Program-made: the position numbers and the translations under genes
Notes under the pieces: model-generated
What the model saw: only the letters and a program-made list of their open reading frames with translations
The model's database searches: none
What the model was told of the DNA's origin: nothing
DNA from: Macrostomum hystrix
Lineage: Eukaryota > Animalia > Platyhelminthes
Reading direction: 5' to 3'
Assembly (NCBI GenBank): GCA_950097015.1
Contig: CATNEN010000024.1
Span: 3,968,001 to 4,032,000, forward strand
Length of the DNA: 64,000 bases
Shown: piece by piece, positions 1-13,500 of the stretch
How the letters are laid out: each line of letters starts with the position of its first letter
Numbering within the stretch: the first letter of the stretch is position 1

Positions 1-440
1 TGAATGCTTTAATGAGTTTTTGAATGACTTGTTTTGACACAGTTTGTCTGTTTGTTGTTAACAATTGTAAATCTTCATTAAGAGTTTATTTAAAAAGCAA
101 ATAATTTAATGAATGAAACTACAGTTATGTTGGTATATTAAATATTAAAACACTTGCTAGCAAAAGTAGATTGCTACAAAAGGCAGCTATGTACAGGTAA
201 AGAAATTAGCAATCTAGTAGCTATATAAATTAATTAGGTTTGATGTTGAATTGTTTCACCTATACATTGCATGCAGTTTTTTGTATCAATCTAGCTAGCT
301 ACTTTTGCAAACAATTTTTGTTTATGTTTGATATACTATAAAGCTATATATTTTATAATAAAGCCTAAATAAATTTTTATTTAATATGAACATGATTTAG
401 GCAAGATAATATTTAAAAAATAGATACTATTTTTCAGGCT

Positions 441-3400
441 ATGAAGCAGTCACCCAATGGTTCAGTGGCTGAGACTGAGCATGCCAGATGCCAGGATCAG
501 CCACTATCTGTTTGTGAGCAATGCTGTGATAGGACCTGCTACAAGTGGTGCCTAGCTGAGAGGCACAAACTGTCACATGATCCTAGCCTATTGGAGAGAG
601 TGAGGCATGATTTACTATGTCCACCGCATGGCTGCACTGGCAAACTATTGGCAGGCCTGGCTGCCATTCTGCTTCTCTATGCCACTATCTGGTCTATTTT
701 TCCTGAGCAGACAGTGCCAGGCACATGTGCCATTGTTCAAAGTAATCATTCCGGTGGAAACTCTTCTATGAACTCAACATTGACCAAAAAGCCTGAGATA
801 AACTGTACTGGTGGATTATTTGGCCTGTTTCTGCTGTTCATCTCATCTATGCTGGCAGGTGATAACAGATACCAGATTTTTTGTTTATTAGCTAGTTTTT
901 CACATTTCTACTTTATCATTTTCCTTTCAGTGTGTCTTATTCAATGTCTACTTCGACTAAACCAATATTATTGGATGTCCCCTTACATTCCTTATTGGTT
1001 CCTTACATTCCTCGCTTTTTATGTTCCCTTACCTCATCTGTTATTTAATGTCCCATTACCTCATCTGTTACTTAATGTCCCATTACCTCATCTGTTACTT
1101 ATGTCCCATTACCTCATCTGTTATTTAATGTCCCATTCCCTCATCTGTTACTTAATGTCCCCTTACTGCAGATCTGCTATTTATTGTCCCATTACCTCAT
1201 CTGTTATTTAATGTCCCATTACCTCATCTGTTACTTAATGTCCCATAACCTCATCTGTTACTTAATGTCCCCTTACTGCAGATCTGCTATTTATTGTCCC
1301 ATTACCTCATCTGTTATTTAATGTCCCATTACCTCATCTGTTACTTAATGTCCCATAACCTCATCTGTTACTTAATGTCCCCTTACCACATCTGTAACTT
1401 AATGTCCCCTTACCACATCTGTAACTTAATGTCCCCTTACTGCATCTGCTATTTATTGTCCCATTACCTCATCTGTTATTTAATGTCCCATTACCTCATC
1501 TGTTATTTAATGTCCCATTACCTCATCTGTTATTTAATGTCCCATTACCTCATCTGTTATTTAATGTCCCATTACCTCATCTGTTATTTAATGTCCCATT
1601 ACCTCATCTGTTACTTAATGTCCCCTTACCACATCTGTAACTTAATGTCCCCTTACCACATCTGTAACTTAATGTCCCCTTACTGCATCTGCTATTTATT
1701 GTCCCATTACCTCATCTGTTATTTAATGTCCCATTACCTCATCTGTTATTTAATGTCCCATTACCTCATCTGTTATTTAATGTCCCATTACCTCATCTGT
1801 TATTTAATGTCCCATTACCTCATCTGTTATTTAATGTCCCATTACCTCATCTGTTATTTAATGTCCCATTACCTCATCTGTTATCTAATGTCCCATTACC
1901 TCATCTGTTATTTAATGTCCCATTACCTCATCTGCTATTTAATGTCCCATTACCTCATCTGTTATTTAATGTCCCATTACCTCATCTGTTATTTAATGTC
2001 CCATTACCTCATCTGTTATCTAATGTCCCATTACCTCATCTGTTATTTAATGTCCCATTACCTCATCTGTTATTTAATGTCCCATTACCTCATCTGTTAT
2101 TTAATGTCCCATTACCTCATCTGTTATTTAATGTCCCATTACCTCATCTGTTATTTAATGTCCCATTACCTCATCTGTTATTTAATGTCCCATTACCTCA
2201 TCTGTTATTTAATGTTCCATTACCTCATCTGTTATCTAATGTCCCATTACCTCATCTGTTATCTAATGTCCCTTTACCTCATCTGTCACTTATGTCCCAT
2301 TACCTCATCTGTTATTTAATGTTTCCTTAACTCGCCCGGCAATTGCCCAAGCAATGTCCTTATTACCATTATCCTAACCCGTGCAGGCCAGCTGTTCGGC
2401 CTGATTCCGCGCTGCCCCAAGCTGCTGGGCATGCTGCTTGCAGGCTGCTTCCTTCGCAGTGTTCCCGGCCTGTCCAGCTTCGCCTTGGCCATTGACAAAA
2501 GTCTGTCCGCCACATTGCGCAGCATTGCTTTGTGCGTTATACTATTGCGCGCGGGTTTAGGCTTAGATCCGCAAAGATTGCGCGCGCTATCACTTCACGT
2601 TGTCCTGCTGGCATTCGCGCCCTGCCTGACGGAGGCTGTGACAATTGGTGTCGCCTCTCATCTTCTGCTCAAACTGCCCTGGGCCTGGGGCTTCCTTCTC
2701 GGCTTCGTGTTGGCCGCGGTGTCGCCAGCCGTTGTTGTTCCCTCGATGTTGGCAATCAGTGCCGAGGGCTACGGCGTTGCCAAGGGTATACCGACTCTGG
2801 TCATCGCTGCCGCCAGTGTTGACGACGTCCTGGCTATTACCGGCTTCGGCGTCCTACTCAGCATTGTGTTCGGCAGCGGCGAGAGCCTCGCCCTCACGAT
2901 CGCCCGTGGACCTCTCGAAGCTCTACTAGGCGTAGCGCTTGGCATCTTTCTCGGCCTCCTGCTGTGGTTCCTGCCGCCTGCCAAGCATGCCCGCTTTGTG
3001 TTCTACCGCTTCTGCTTTCTTGCCGCCTGCGGCCTGGCCCCTCTGCTCGGCTCCGTTGTACTCAAACTGCCCGGCGCTGGCGCTCTGGCCTGCCTGACCG
3101 CCGCCTTTGTGGCTGCAATCGGTTGGCGAAGCAGAGACGGATGGACCGATAGTGCTAATCCGCTGTTGGGACCGGTACGTGCTGGCGGAGCGCCAATTCT
3201 CTGATCTGTTCTCACGGCTGAGCCACCCTCTACACTGTTCTCACGGCTGAGCTACCCTCTACACTGTTCTCACGGCTGAGCCACCCTCTATACTGTTCTC
3301 ACGGCTGAGCCACCCTCTACACTGTTCTCACGGCTGAGCTACCCTCTACACTGTTCTCACGGCTGAGCTACCCTCTACACTGTTCTCACGGCTCAGTTCT

Positions 3401-4434
3401 CACAGCTCAGTTCACGCAGCTCAGTTCCCACAGCTCAGTTCTCACAGCTCATTTCTCACAGCTCAGTTCTCACAGCTCAGTTCTCACAGCTCAGTTCTCA
3501 CAGCTCAGTTCACACAGCTCAGTTCCCACAGCTCAGTTCTCACAGCTCAGTTCTCAGCTCAGTTCTCAGCTCAGTTCTCACAGTTAAAATTTTACGATTC
3601 TCCGCTTGGCTATAGGTGGACACCTGCTGGTGGATCGCCCAGCCGCTTTTATTCGGTCTCATTGGCGCGGAGGTGGACGTCGGCAGCCTTCAGGCAGGCG
3701 CCATCGGCCTCAGCCTAGCCGTGCTGGGCAGCGGCCTGCTGCTGCGCATGACCGCCTCAGTTTTGGCCGTCACTGGTGCCGGCTTCAGCGTTCGAGAGCG
3801 CTTCTTCATCCCGTTCGCCTGGCTGCCCAAGGCTACCGTGCAGGCCGCTATAGGACCCGCTGTTCTAGACACGGCCTACAGGTGCTTAGCCGAGCTGTAC
3901 TCTCCCTCCCTGTCACCCTCCACCTGAGTTATCGAATGCTCAACTGTCACCCTCCACCTGAGTTATCGAATGCTCAACTGTCACCCTCCACCTGAGTTAT
4001 CGAATGCTCAACTGTCACCCTCCACCTGAGTTATCGAATGCTCAACTGTCACCCTCCACCTGAGTTATCGAATGCTCAACTGTCACCCTCCACCTGAGTT
4101 ATCGAATGCTCAACTGTCACCCTCCACCTGAGTTATCGAATGCTCCCGGATTCCTTTCAGAACCGGAGCCGGTCCGGAAGCCCTGGCCATGGGTGCTGAA
4201 ATTTTGACAGTGTCTGTCCTGGCCATTGTTATCACTGCTCCGCTTGGCGCTCTGCTAATCTCCCTGCTAGCACCCAGGCTACTGAACCGCCAGGTTCTTG
4301 CCGTTGAAGACGACAACGAGGTCGAGAACGCGACACCAATGGACGAGCGACAGCTGGCCAGTCAAGCCGCTGAAGGGCATGGCGGCTATGCCAGAGTTAA
4401 CGGCGAGGAAAAGCTGGACGACACTGCGACGTGA
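441..4434 (+). CDS. SLC9B2: Na+/H+ antiporter of the NHA/SLC9B (CPA2) family, 4 coding exons, 581 aa
   Basis: Exons 441-858, 2387-3174, 3616-3881, 4161-4434, with GT-AG junctions in phases 1, 0, 2 and a total of 1746 nt. NHA motifs: LLGMLLAG, ALCVILLRAGLGLDP, AVSPAVVVPSM, GVAKGIPTLVIAAASVDDVLAI, QPLLFGLIGAEV, AWLPKATVQAAIG, AIVITAPLG. Assignment to a specific paralogue is nominal. Confidence 0.93.
1020..2320 (+). repeat. 27-bp minisatellite (AATGTCCCATTACCTCATCTGTTATTT)n in NHA intron 1
   Basis: About 48 units read directly. A block of variant units recurs with a 243-bp period (~1380 and ~1623). Confidence 0.97.
3206..3582 (+). repeat. Two adjacent arrays in NHA intron 2: 29-bp (CTGTTCTCACGGCTGAGCCACCCTCTACA)n, then 14-bp (GCTCAGTTCTCACA)n
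   Basis: Units visible at 3206-3390 and 3391-3582. They share the GTTCTCAC core. Confidence 0.95.
3910..4145 (+). repeat. 34-bp minisatellite (CTGTCACCCTCCACCTGAGTTATCGAATGCTCAA) x ~7 in NHA intron 3
   Basis: Period of 34 measured from 3910 to 3944; near-identical copies. Confidence 0.97.
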
Positions 4435-4493
4435 GGTCTGAGAACCCGTATTAGATTCCTAGTTCCATGGATGTTTCGTTGTTTAGCTCCCCA

Positions 4494-4778
4494 GATGTCT
4501 AATTCCTAGACGTCTAGTTCCTAGATGTCTAGTTCCTAGATGTCTAATTCCTAGATGTCTAGTTCCTAGATGTCTAATTCCTAGATGTCTAATTCCTAGA
4601 TGTCTAATTCCTAGATGTCTAGTTCTTAGATGTCTAGTTCCTTAGATGTCTAGTTCCTAGATGTCTAGTTCCTAGATGTCTAGTTCTTAGATGTCTAGTT
4701 CCTTAGATGTCTAGTTCCTAGATGTCTAGTTCCTAGATGTCTAGTTCCTAGATGTCTAGTTCCTTAGATGTCTAGTTC
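4494..4778 (+). repeat. 15-bp minisatellite (GTCTAGTTCCTAGAT)n downstream of the NHA stop
   Basis: Period of 15 measured from 4512 to 4527; about 19 units. Confidence 0.95.
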
Positions 4779-5779
4779 TGTGGATTCATGGCTTCTAAGG
4801 TCTTCTGATCCCTAATTTATTTTTTCTAGGCCCTCATTTTCAGGTCTAAATCATTGTTTGTGCCCCCAGTATATTACTCAAAGATTAATGATAAGCTTTG
4901 CCAAGTATTGCTTTTTTAGTTTGTTTTACGAATTAAGCAGACCACGAGTTTGGTAGTTTGACAAGTTTTTCGCATATTTTCTTTATTTAAAGTCCATTTT
5001 TCATGCATCTATGGGCGCATATTTTTACTCAAAATATTCCGTATGACTGGTTATTTTCCTTTGATTTTTGTGACTTTTTAAGTTTCGATGAAACTGTAGC
5101 CACCAACCATCTGAACCTTTCTTATCGGAATAAAAAATAAATGCACTGATTTTTTCTTCAATCACGAGCACAAATTTCTGTGACATAATTTTGCTTTTTT
5201 AGTTTTGTTTTCGCTATCAACTGTGAGTGTCACAAATCTAGTCGTTTGATAACTTTCTTCTGTGACACTTTTTTGGCACTTTTTCCAAAAGTCGCGGCAA
5301 AGCCTTCCTTCTTTAGCAGTTTTTTATTGTCATTCGATTTCAATATCAATAGCCTAGTTGGTAGTACAATACTCGATTAGGAAATCAATTTGCATTGCAA
5401 TTATATGTAAATATGTTCCTATCTACTCACGATTCTTGTGTTTTACTTGCTTTACTTACTTTCATATTTTCATATTTTCTGTTACATTATTTTAATTCAG
5501 CAAACTGCAATAATAATTTATTATGCAGTTTAATTTCATTGCTTTTATACATAAGTTTGACTCGTTTGAATTCGTAGGAATATAATTATATTTTGTCGCA
5601 AATAGATAGACAAATCGTGGACATTACCGCCCTTTGTTATAGTTATTATGTTAATTTGAAACCTACTACATATATATAAATACCGTACTGAGAGTATCTT
5701 AGCCTCGAAGTTAAAAATGTAAGCAAGTTCAGAGGGAATTGGTTGTTGATTAAACTGTAGGAATAGAGGCGAATTGTAT

Positions 5780-8700
5780 TGACGACCCAACTGTAAGAAT
5801 GGTAGTGGGTTGTAATGACCCAACTGTAAGAATGGAGATGGGTTGTAATGACCCAACTGTAAGAATGGAGGTGGGTTGTAATGACTCAACTGTAAGAATG
5901 GAGATGGGTTGTAATGACCCAACTGTAAGAATGGAGGTGGGTTGTAATGACTCAACTGTAAGAATGGAGATGGGTTGTAATGACCCAACTGTAAGAATGG
6001 AGATGGGTTGTAATGACCCAACTGTAAGAATGGAGATGGGTTGTAATGACCCAACTGTAAGAATGGAGGTGGGTTGTAATGACTCAACTGTAAGAATGGA
6101 GATGGGTTGTAATGACCCAACTGTAAGAATGGAGGTGGGTTGTAATGACTCAACTGTAAGAATGGAGGTGGGTTGTAATGACCCAACTGTAAGAATGGAG
6201 ATGGGTTGTAATGACCCAACTGTAAGAATGGAGATGGGTTGTAATGACCCAACTGTAAGAATGGAGATGGGTTGTAATGACTCAACTGTAAGAATGGAGA
6301 TGGGTTGTAATGACTCAACTGTAAGAATGGAGATGGGTTGTAATGACTGAACTGTAAGAATGGAGGTGGGTTGTAATGACCAAATGTAGAAATGGAGGTG
6401 GGTTGTCATGACTGAACTGTAAGAATGGAGATGGGTTGTAATGACCCAAATGTAGAAATGGAGGTGGGTTGTAATGACTGAACTGTAAGAATGGAGGTGG
6501 GTTGTAATGACTGAACTGTAAGAATGGAGGTGGGTTGTAAACACCCAACTGTAAGAATGGAGGTGGGTTGTAATGACTCAACAGTGAGAATGGAGGTGGG
6601 TTGTAATGACCCAACTGTAAGAATGGAGATGGGTTGTAATGACTGAACTGTAAGAATGGAGATGGGTTGTAATAACCCAACTGTAAGAATGGAGGTGGGT
6701 TGTAATGACGCAACTGTAAGAATGGAGATGGGTTGTAATGACCCAACTGTAAGAATGGAGATGGGTTGTAATGACCCAACTGTAAGAATGGAGATGGGTT
6801 GTAATGACTCAACTGTAAGAATGGAGATGGGTTGTAATGACCCAACTGTAAGAATGGAGATGGGTTGTAATGACCCAACTGTAAGAATGGAGGTGGGTTG
6901 TAATGACTCAACTGTAAGAATGGAGATGGGTTGTAATGACCCAACTGTAAGAATGGAGGTGGGTTGTAATGACTCAACTGTAAGAATGGAGATGGGTTGT
7001 AATGACCCAACTGTAAGAATGGAGATGGGTTGTAATGACCCAACTGTAAGAATGGAGATGGGTTGTAATGACCCAACTGTAAGAATGGAGGTGGGTTGTA
7101 ATGACTCAACTGTAAGAATGGAGATGGGTTGTAATGACCCAACTGTAAGAATGGAGGTGGGTTGTAATGACTCAACTGTAAGAATGGAGGTGGGTTGTAA
7201 TGACCCAACTGTAAGAATGGAGATGGGTTGTAATGACCCAACTGTAAGAATGGAGATGGGTTGTAATGACCCAACTGTAAGAATGGAGATGGGTTGTAAT
7301 GACTCAACTGTAAGAATGGAGATGGGTTGTAATGACTCAACTGTAAGAATGGAGATGGGTTGTAATGACTGAACTGTAAGAATGGAGGTGGGTTGTAATG
7401 ACCAAATGTAGAAATGGAGGTGGGTTGTAATGACTGAACTGTAAGAATGGAGATGGGTTGTAATGACCCAAATGTAGAAATGGAGGTGGGTTGTAATGAC
7501 TGAACTGTAAGAATGGAGGTGGGTTGTAATGACTGAACTGTAAGAATGGAGGTGGGTTGTAAACACCCAACTGTAAGAATGGAGGTGGGTTGTAATGACT
7601 CAACAGTGAGAATGGAGGTGGGTTGTAATGACCCAACTGTAAGAATGGAGATGGGTTGTAATGACTGAACTGTAAGAATGGAGATGGGTTGTAATAACCC
7701 AACTGTAAGAATGGAGGTGGGTTGTAATGACGCAACTGTAAGAATGGAGATGGGTTGTAATGACCCAACTGTAAGAATGGAGATGGGTTGTAATGACCCA
7801 ACTGTAAGAATGGAGATGGGTTGTAATGACTCAACTGTAAGAATGGAGATGTGTTGTAATGACCCAACTGTAAGAATGGAGATGGGTTGTAATGACTGAA
7901 CTGTAAGAATGGAGGTGGGTTGTAATGACTCAACTGTAAGAATGGAGGTGGGTTGTAATGACCCAACTGTAAGAATGGAGATGGGTTGTAATGACGACCC
8001 AACTGTAAGAATGGTAGTGGGTTGTAATGACTCAACTGTAAGAATGGAGATGGGTTGTAATGACGACCCAACTGTAAGAATGGTAGTGGGTTGTAATGAC
8101 CCAACTGTAAGAACGGAGATGGGTTGTAATGACCCAACTGTAAGAATGGAGATGGGTTGTAATGACCCAACTGTAAGAATGGAGATGGGTTGTAATGACT
8201 CAACTGTAAGAATGGAGATGTGTTGTAATGACCCAACTGTAAGAATGGAGATGGGTTGTAATGACTGAACTGTAAGAATGGAGGTGGGTTGTAATGACTC
8301 AACTGTAAGAATGGAGGTGGGTTGTAATGACGACCCAACTGTAAGAATGGAGATGGGTTGTAATGACTCAACTGTAAGAACGGAGATAGGTTGTAATGTC
8401 TCAACTGTAAGAATGGAGATGGGTTGTAATGACCCAACTGTAAGAATGGTAGTGGGTTGTAATGACTCAACTGTAAGAATGGAGATGGGTTGTAATGACG
8501 ACCCAACTGTAAGAATGGTAGTGGGTTGTAATGACTCAACTGTAAGAATGGAGATGGGTTGTAATGACTCAACTGTAAGAATGGAGATGTGTTGTAATGA
8601 CCCAACTGTAAGAATGGAGGTGGGTTGTAATGACCCAATTGTAAGAATGGAGATGGGTTGTAATGACCCAATTGTAAGAATGGAGATGGGTTGTAATGAC

Positions 8701-8935
8701 CCAACTTTAAGAATGGAGATGTGTTGTAATGACCCAACTGTAAGAATGGAGATGTGTTGTAATGACCCAACTGTAAGAATGGAGATGGGTTGTAATGACC
8801 CAACTGTAAGAATAGAGGTGGGTTGTAATGACCCAACTGTAAGAATAGAGGTGGGTTGTAATGACTCAACTGTAAGAATAGAGGTGGGTTGTAATGACTC
8901 AACTGTAAGAATGGAGGTGGGTTGTAATGACCCAA
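5780..8935 (+). repeat. 33-bp minisatellite (ATGGAGATGGGTTGTAATGACCCAACTGTAAGA)n, ~95 units with higher-order structure
   Basis: Unit read directly. The rare variant GTAAACACCCAACT recurs at ~6537 and ~7559, giving a 1022-bp higher-order duplication. Confidence 0.98.
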
Positions 8936-8992
8936 ATGGAAAATAGCGCATGTACTGGTTGCTTGATGTGGTGTAGTCAATATGCCGACTAG

Positions 8993-9379
8993 CACAAGCA
9001 TAGCCATCAGACTCCATTTCACCAAACCTTACAGCGGCCCGACCTGGCTATAGATCCGCGCCTTCTCCACCTGTTCCCGGCCTCCTTTCCCTACCTGCAG
9101 CTCAGCGGTAGGAAGCGGCCGAGCGAGCAGGTGGCGACCGCGGCCGAGTCGGAATCGGTGACAGCACCTCGCGTCGACGAGGCGACATCCAGGAAGCTGG
9201 CTGCTCGCACCGATGTTGACTGCGAGTTTTCCGACCAGATGAACCGGATGTCCCTGCAGGCCGACGGCCGACAGGAACAGCCGACGCTAGCTATCGCGCC
9301 CCCGGCTGCGCAGCGCGATGTCCTCAGAGCCAATCGCAGGTGCACTAGGCAACAATTGCCCGCTCTCAACGACTCTTGA
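8993..9379 (+). CDS. Unassigned GC-rich open frame; probable terminal or trans-spliced exon of an unidentified gene
   Basis: Frame open from 8993 to TGA at 9379 (..TPFHQTLQRPDLAIDPRLLHLFPASFPYLQLSGRKRPSEQVATAAES..). In-frame acceptors at 9010 (CATCAG) and 9100 (polypyrimidine + CTGCAG). No family recognised and upstream exons not found. Confidence 0.4.
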   Translation, partial: HKHSHQTPFHQTLQRPDLAIDPRLLHLFPASFPYLQLSGRKRPSEQVATAAESESVTAPRVDEATSRKLAARTDVDCEFSDQMNRMSLQADGRQEQPTLAIAPPAAQRDVLRANRRCTRQQLPALNDS

Positions 9380-9989
9380 ATACGAACTGCTAGTTGAAAT
9401 CAGCAGTAAAAATTAATTCGGAATATGAGCTACTTTTAAGAATGAGACAATAGAAGAGGTCTGGCGTTCCGATCGATATCTCATTGAGAGCATGCATGCT
9501 TCAATACAATTGTTAAAATATTCTCATCATATTACTGACAGTAACAATCTTGTCATTTCTGTTTGTCATTACCTCAAAAATGTAGATAAAGTCTTCCTTT
9601 AGTTTTACTGGCCGCGCGGGTAAGTGTGCCTCTTTTTACTTTCTATGCTGTCATTAGGTCATGGCTTTGTTCGTGAAAAGCTTGGCCATGACCTATCTAA
9701 GTGTGTATTCCGTTTCAACTCATAATGCCTCATAGTCACTAGGCTTGATGCTTGAACTTTTATTTTAACTTTATAAAGAATTCAAACCATGTGGTTACTA
9801 ATACATAGTTTATTGAAGCAATATCAGAACAGCTACTAGGTTATTTTACGAGCTTTTTCTTTGATTTATACAGGAAACAAAAGTATCTAACCGAAAGAAA
9901 TTGACATAAACTTAAAAATAAACTTTAAAAAGTCAAGCTGACGGAATGTTTCTAATAAATCTGTAAGGGTGCGACAAGATAAAAATAAA

Positions 9990-10110
9990 GCCGCAAAATT
10001 GGTACAAATGTGTTAAGTGTCTTTTGTGTCTTTTGCTCAATGACACCAATTGCCTCCCTTCGAGCTGAGATTCGAACTCCCGACCGCTCTCAGTCGGGAG
10101 GCGGAAGTGG
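9990..10110 (-). mobile_element. tRNA-derived SINE fragment (family 1-like)
   Basis: The minus strand shows a B-box-like GGAGTTCGAATCTC followed by GTGTCATTGAGCAAAAGACAC..TTAAC, resembling the central domain at 21220-21330 and 60880-60940. Confidence 0.55.
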
Positions 10111-10551
10111 ATTTTCAAAATAAGTTGAGCGATCATCTTTTGCGTGTAAAAGACAAAGAACTTCGATCAATTCGATTTCGAAATAGAAAAACAAGCAAGG
10201 AAAATAAAATACGGGTAAATTATAATATTTTAACTGTTGGAAGCGCCTAAACTCTATCACTTTTCTAAAGAAACAAATTTGGGATTCTCTGAGTGACCGG
10301 CACTCTTGTCTACGAAATAACAAAGGAAAGCAAACATTGGACTATAGCTAGTACGAGCGTGTATTCAGGTAAAAAAGCAAGCTGCTAAAAAGGAAATAAT
10401 GTCTATCAAAGGACATTGTTAATGTTTACAGAACAGAAAAGCCCTACGGTATTAGTTTAACTAAGGGCTTGAAATGTAAGGCAACTTTTGGGTAAAAAAT
10501 AAATGGTTTAGATCACTTATTGATCATCCTAGCAGTATCGGCGAGACACAA

Positions 10552-13500
10552 TCAAACAATTGACTGCGGCGACGAGCTTGTCGGCGTGTCGTCATCCAAC
10601 TCGACGTCGTCATCATCGTCGTTCTCAATGCTTGTCATCGTCGCCGGAATGCGGCGCAACTCTACACGTCCGAGAGCGTCGCCGCAAGCAAGCCGGCCGG
10701 GCGGACAGATGGCCAGCGACGCGATTGGCCGCCTGCGAGAGCCAATTAGAATCGTTGCTTCGGTAGCAGGATGTGACGAATCGCCAGTGTTCACCGTGTA
10801 GCAGCGGACGGAACCGTCAGAGCAGCCGAGTAGCAGCCAGTGCCCGAATGTCTCCATCGATGTTAGACGGACGGTTGGCTCTGCCAGGCTAGGAATTCGG
10901 CGACTCAGCCAGACAGCCTCGCGTTGCTCAGAGGGACGATGAATGAGAGCTGCGGACTCGCTGACGCTGCAAATCCACTGGCCAGGATGCAAGCGGTCTC
11001 TGCCGTAGCGAATTGAAAAGACAGCCGCGCTGCTGCCGCCGTAGCGCGCATGGCCGCCCAGGGCGGTGATCTCGCTGCCGTTGCGCTGGTCCAACAGCCG
11101 GACAGCCCCTCCGGACAGTCCTACAATTATTCGACGATCGCCGCTGTCAGTTGCCATCAGTTCCAACGCTGTGATGGCCTCGCTAAAAGCTGGCCAACCG
11201 GTTCGAACTGGTTCTGCAGCCGGTGCTGACTGATCGAAGGTGGCGAGTTGGCCGTCAGCCATGCCCATCCAGAGGCAATCCCAGCGAGCTCGAGCGGCGC
11301 ACAGAGCCCCCGGCAGTCTCCAAATCGCAAGCTGACGTCCGCTCCGAGCAGCGTGAAGCGAAACAGCGCCGCTGGTTGAGCAGGCGACCAGACGGTCTGG
11401 GATGCTGTCACAGAGTGTCAAGTAGATTACGCCGCCGCCTCCACAGATCAGCTCGGCTAGACGACGACGCGTTGCCAGGCAGAGAACGGAGCCAGCGCCA
11501 CCTGTTGAGCCGGTGTAGAGCAGACCGTCGTGCGAGACGCTGCACAGCACTGGAGCTCCGGGATGAGCTTCCAGACGGATTGGCTTCATTGACGGATGGT
11601 CGACGGAGCTTTCGGCATCAGCATCAGACGAGGCGGAGCCGCCACCGCTACTGCTGGCTGCGTGTAGATATTCGCGCAATGCCGCTGTGAATGCCGGATC
11701 GTCGCGGCAGCGTCCTCCGCTAATGCGGCGACGATGTTGGCGGCTACCACGACGCAGGTTTTCATTTTCTTCAACATCGTTGTGATTGCGGTTGCCAAGT
11801 TCAACAGCGATGCGAGTCTCTGATGCGGTCCGACGTCCGCAATAAGCACCACTGCAGCCGCCGCCGAATCCTCCAGCTGACGCAGGACGACTGGGTGGAT
11901 CTCGCGGCGCCGCCGACATAACATCACTGAGCACCTCAGCCGACGAAGGCTCCGTCGCCTCCCGCCGCTGACCACGCGATCGACGGCGCCCGGATCGTGG
12001 CTGCTGAGACTGGAAATCTTGTTGCTGCTCCTGTTGCTGCTGCTGCTTCCAGGCTGGGAGCGACTGCGGATGCTGCGGTGGCAGAGCAGTCAATCGATCG
12101 AGTGTTCGCTGGATCAGCTCGACATCTCTCGGCGAGTCTACGGCTAACGGACCGCCGCCTAGAGCCGTAGCCGCTGACGCCTCGAAGTCGTCCAGCAGGA
12201 CGCGCTGCACCAGAGTTCGACGCTGGATATCAGAGTTGCAGCCGGACAGCGCGGCCTCGGCGTCCGTCTCGCAGTCTGGAGCCAGCGGGGGCGCTGGAGC
12301 CGGCGGAGGGGACCCGGTGTTGTCGGTCTCATAGAAGCCATAGTCGACTGATAATTCTTGGTAAGGAGCGGCGAAATTTTCATTAACGGGCAGTTCAAAA
12401 CAACCTGAAATGCCGATGAAAAGCAATCAATTAGCTGACTCAGGAAAATTTGACAGCTGTCAGCGAAACCTTTCGACCATAATTAGCCATTTAAATAAAT
12501 AAATATACGAGCTAGTAAATTAAATTACTTAGAACTAATAACTGTTACAGCTAATTTTGGTATTTTTTGTCCCCTTGATTTTTAAGCGGGTCCCATTCAC
12601 ATGTATCCAACGAGGGAGTGAGTGACAGAACGGTAACATGTTCGACTCTGGCACCAAGGTTCCTGAGCTCAAATCTGCAGCGAGGCCGCAATAACTTGTG
12701 GCGCAGCGGAGGAAGGAAGGCTCGAGAGCTCGTCATGTCATTGAGTAATGGGGGCCTTGCCCCGAGGTACAGTGAGAGTGTTCACAGCCTGACGACGAGA
12801 AAGTCAAGGCGAACACACAGGTGTACACACCTTTGAGTGTGCGCCGGCGTAAAGTATTCTGCATGTGCGTGAATGCAGTGACGAATGATGCGTCACTGCC
12901 CGCAGTCTTCTGCGAAAATTGCTGCCACTTTTTGTTGATATTATTTACATGTCATCTGTTATTTTTCAACAACCTCTACGAGTTGCGGGGCATATACCGG
13001 TTACTTAGTATTGTCATTCAATCAAGTGTAGTCCCTTGGCTTAGTTGACAACATGGCAAACGTTGCCGTCTTAAAAATTAACTTACCTTTCAAGACATCA
13101 ACTCGGCGCTGCAGAATCTCAAGACGTTTTTGTTGCAGCTGCAAAGAATTCATAATAACAATTAATGTACAAATGACATAAAAGAAGAATTTCACAAAGG
13201 AACCGAGAATTAAATGTTAAATGAAATGGAGCCAACCTCTTCGCGCACTGCCTCTTCTGCGACGATCTGCGCCTGCAGCGCCTCCGCCTGCAGCAGCAAC
13301 TCGGCAATGCGCGCGTCGACCTCCCTGATGACATCATCCACCTGGTCGGCTTGGAGGGACAGCTCCAGAGCGGCCTGCATTCGCTCAACCTCGCGGCTTC
13401 TGTGTGACGCAATGGCAACGGCCTGCTGAACTTCCTCGACGACCTCTTTCTTCTCTTGAACTGCGGAACTCGCCCCATTGTTGATGGCGGCGACCTCAGA

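Noticed and set aside
1294-2319. 341-aa Cys/His-rich ORF (MSHYLICYL)n
   Set aside because: It lies inside NHA intron 1, whose flanking exons join in frame; it is a product of the 27-bp unit.
5545-9025. Very long ORFs (up to 900 aa) on both strands over the 33-bp array, one starting with a signal-peptide-like segment (7337-9025, -)
   Set aside because: A 33-bp unit without stops gives open frames in several phases and both strands at once. There is no codon-position pattern of variation or domain content, and the hydrophobic start uses a non-ATG codon.
9600-9626. Strong donor-like CGG|GTAAGT as an SL RNA gene or first exon
   Set aside because: No flatworm SL-like sequence or Sm site recognised and no matching downstream + strand exon identified.
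12787-12812. CTGACGA..GAAA..GTC as a hammerhead ribozyme core
   Set aside because: Only 3 nt separate CUGANGA from GAAA (no helix II), and the segment folds better as a simple hairpin.
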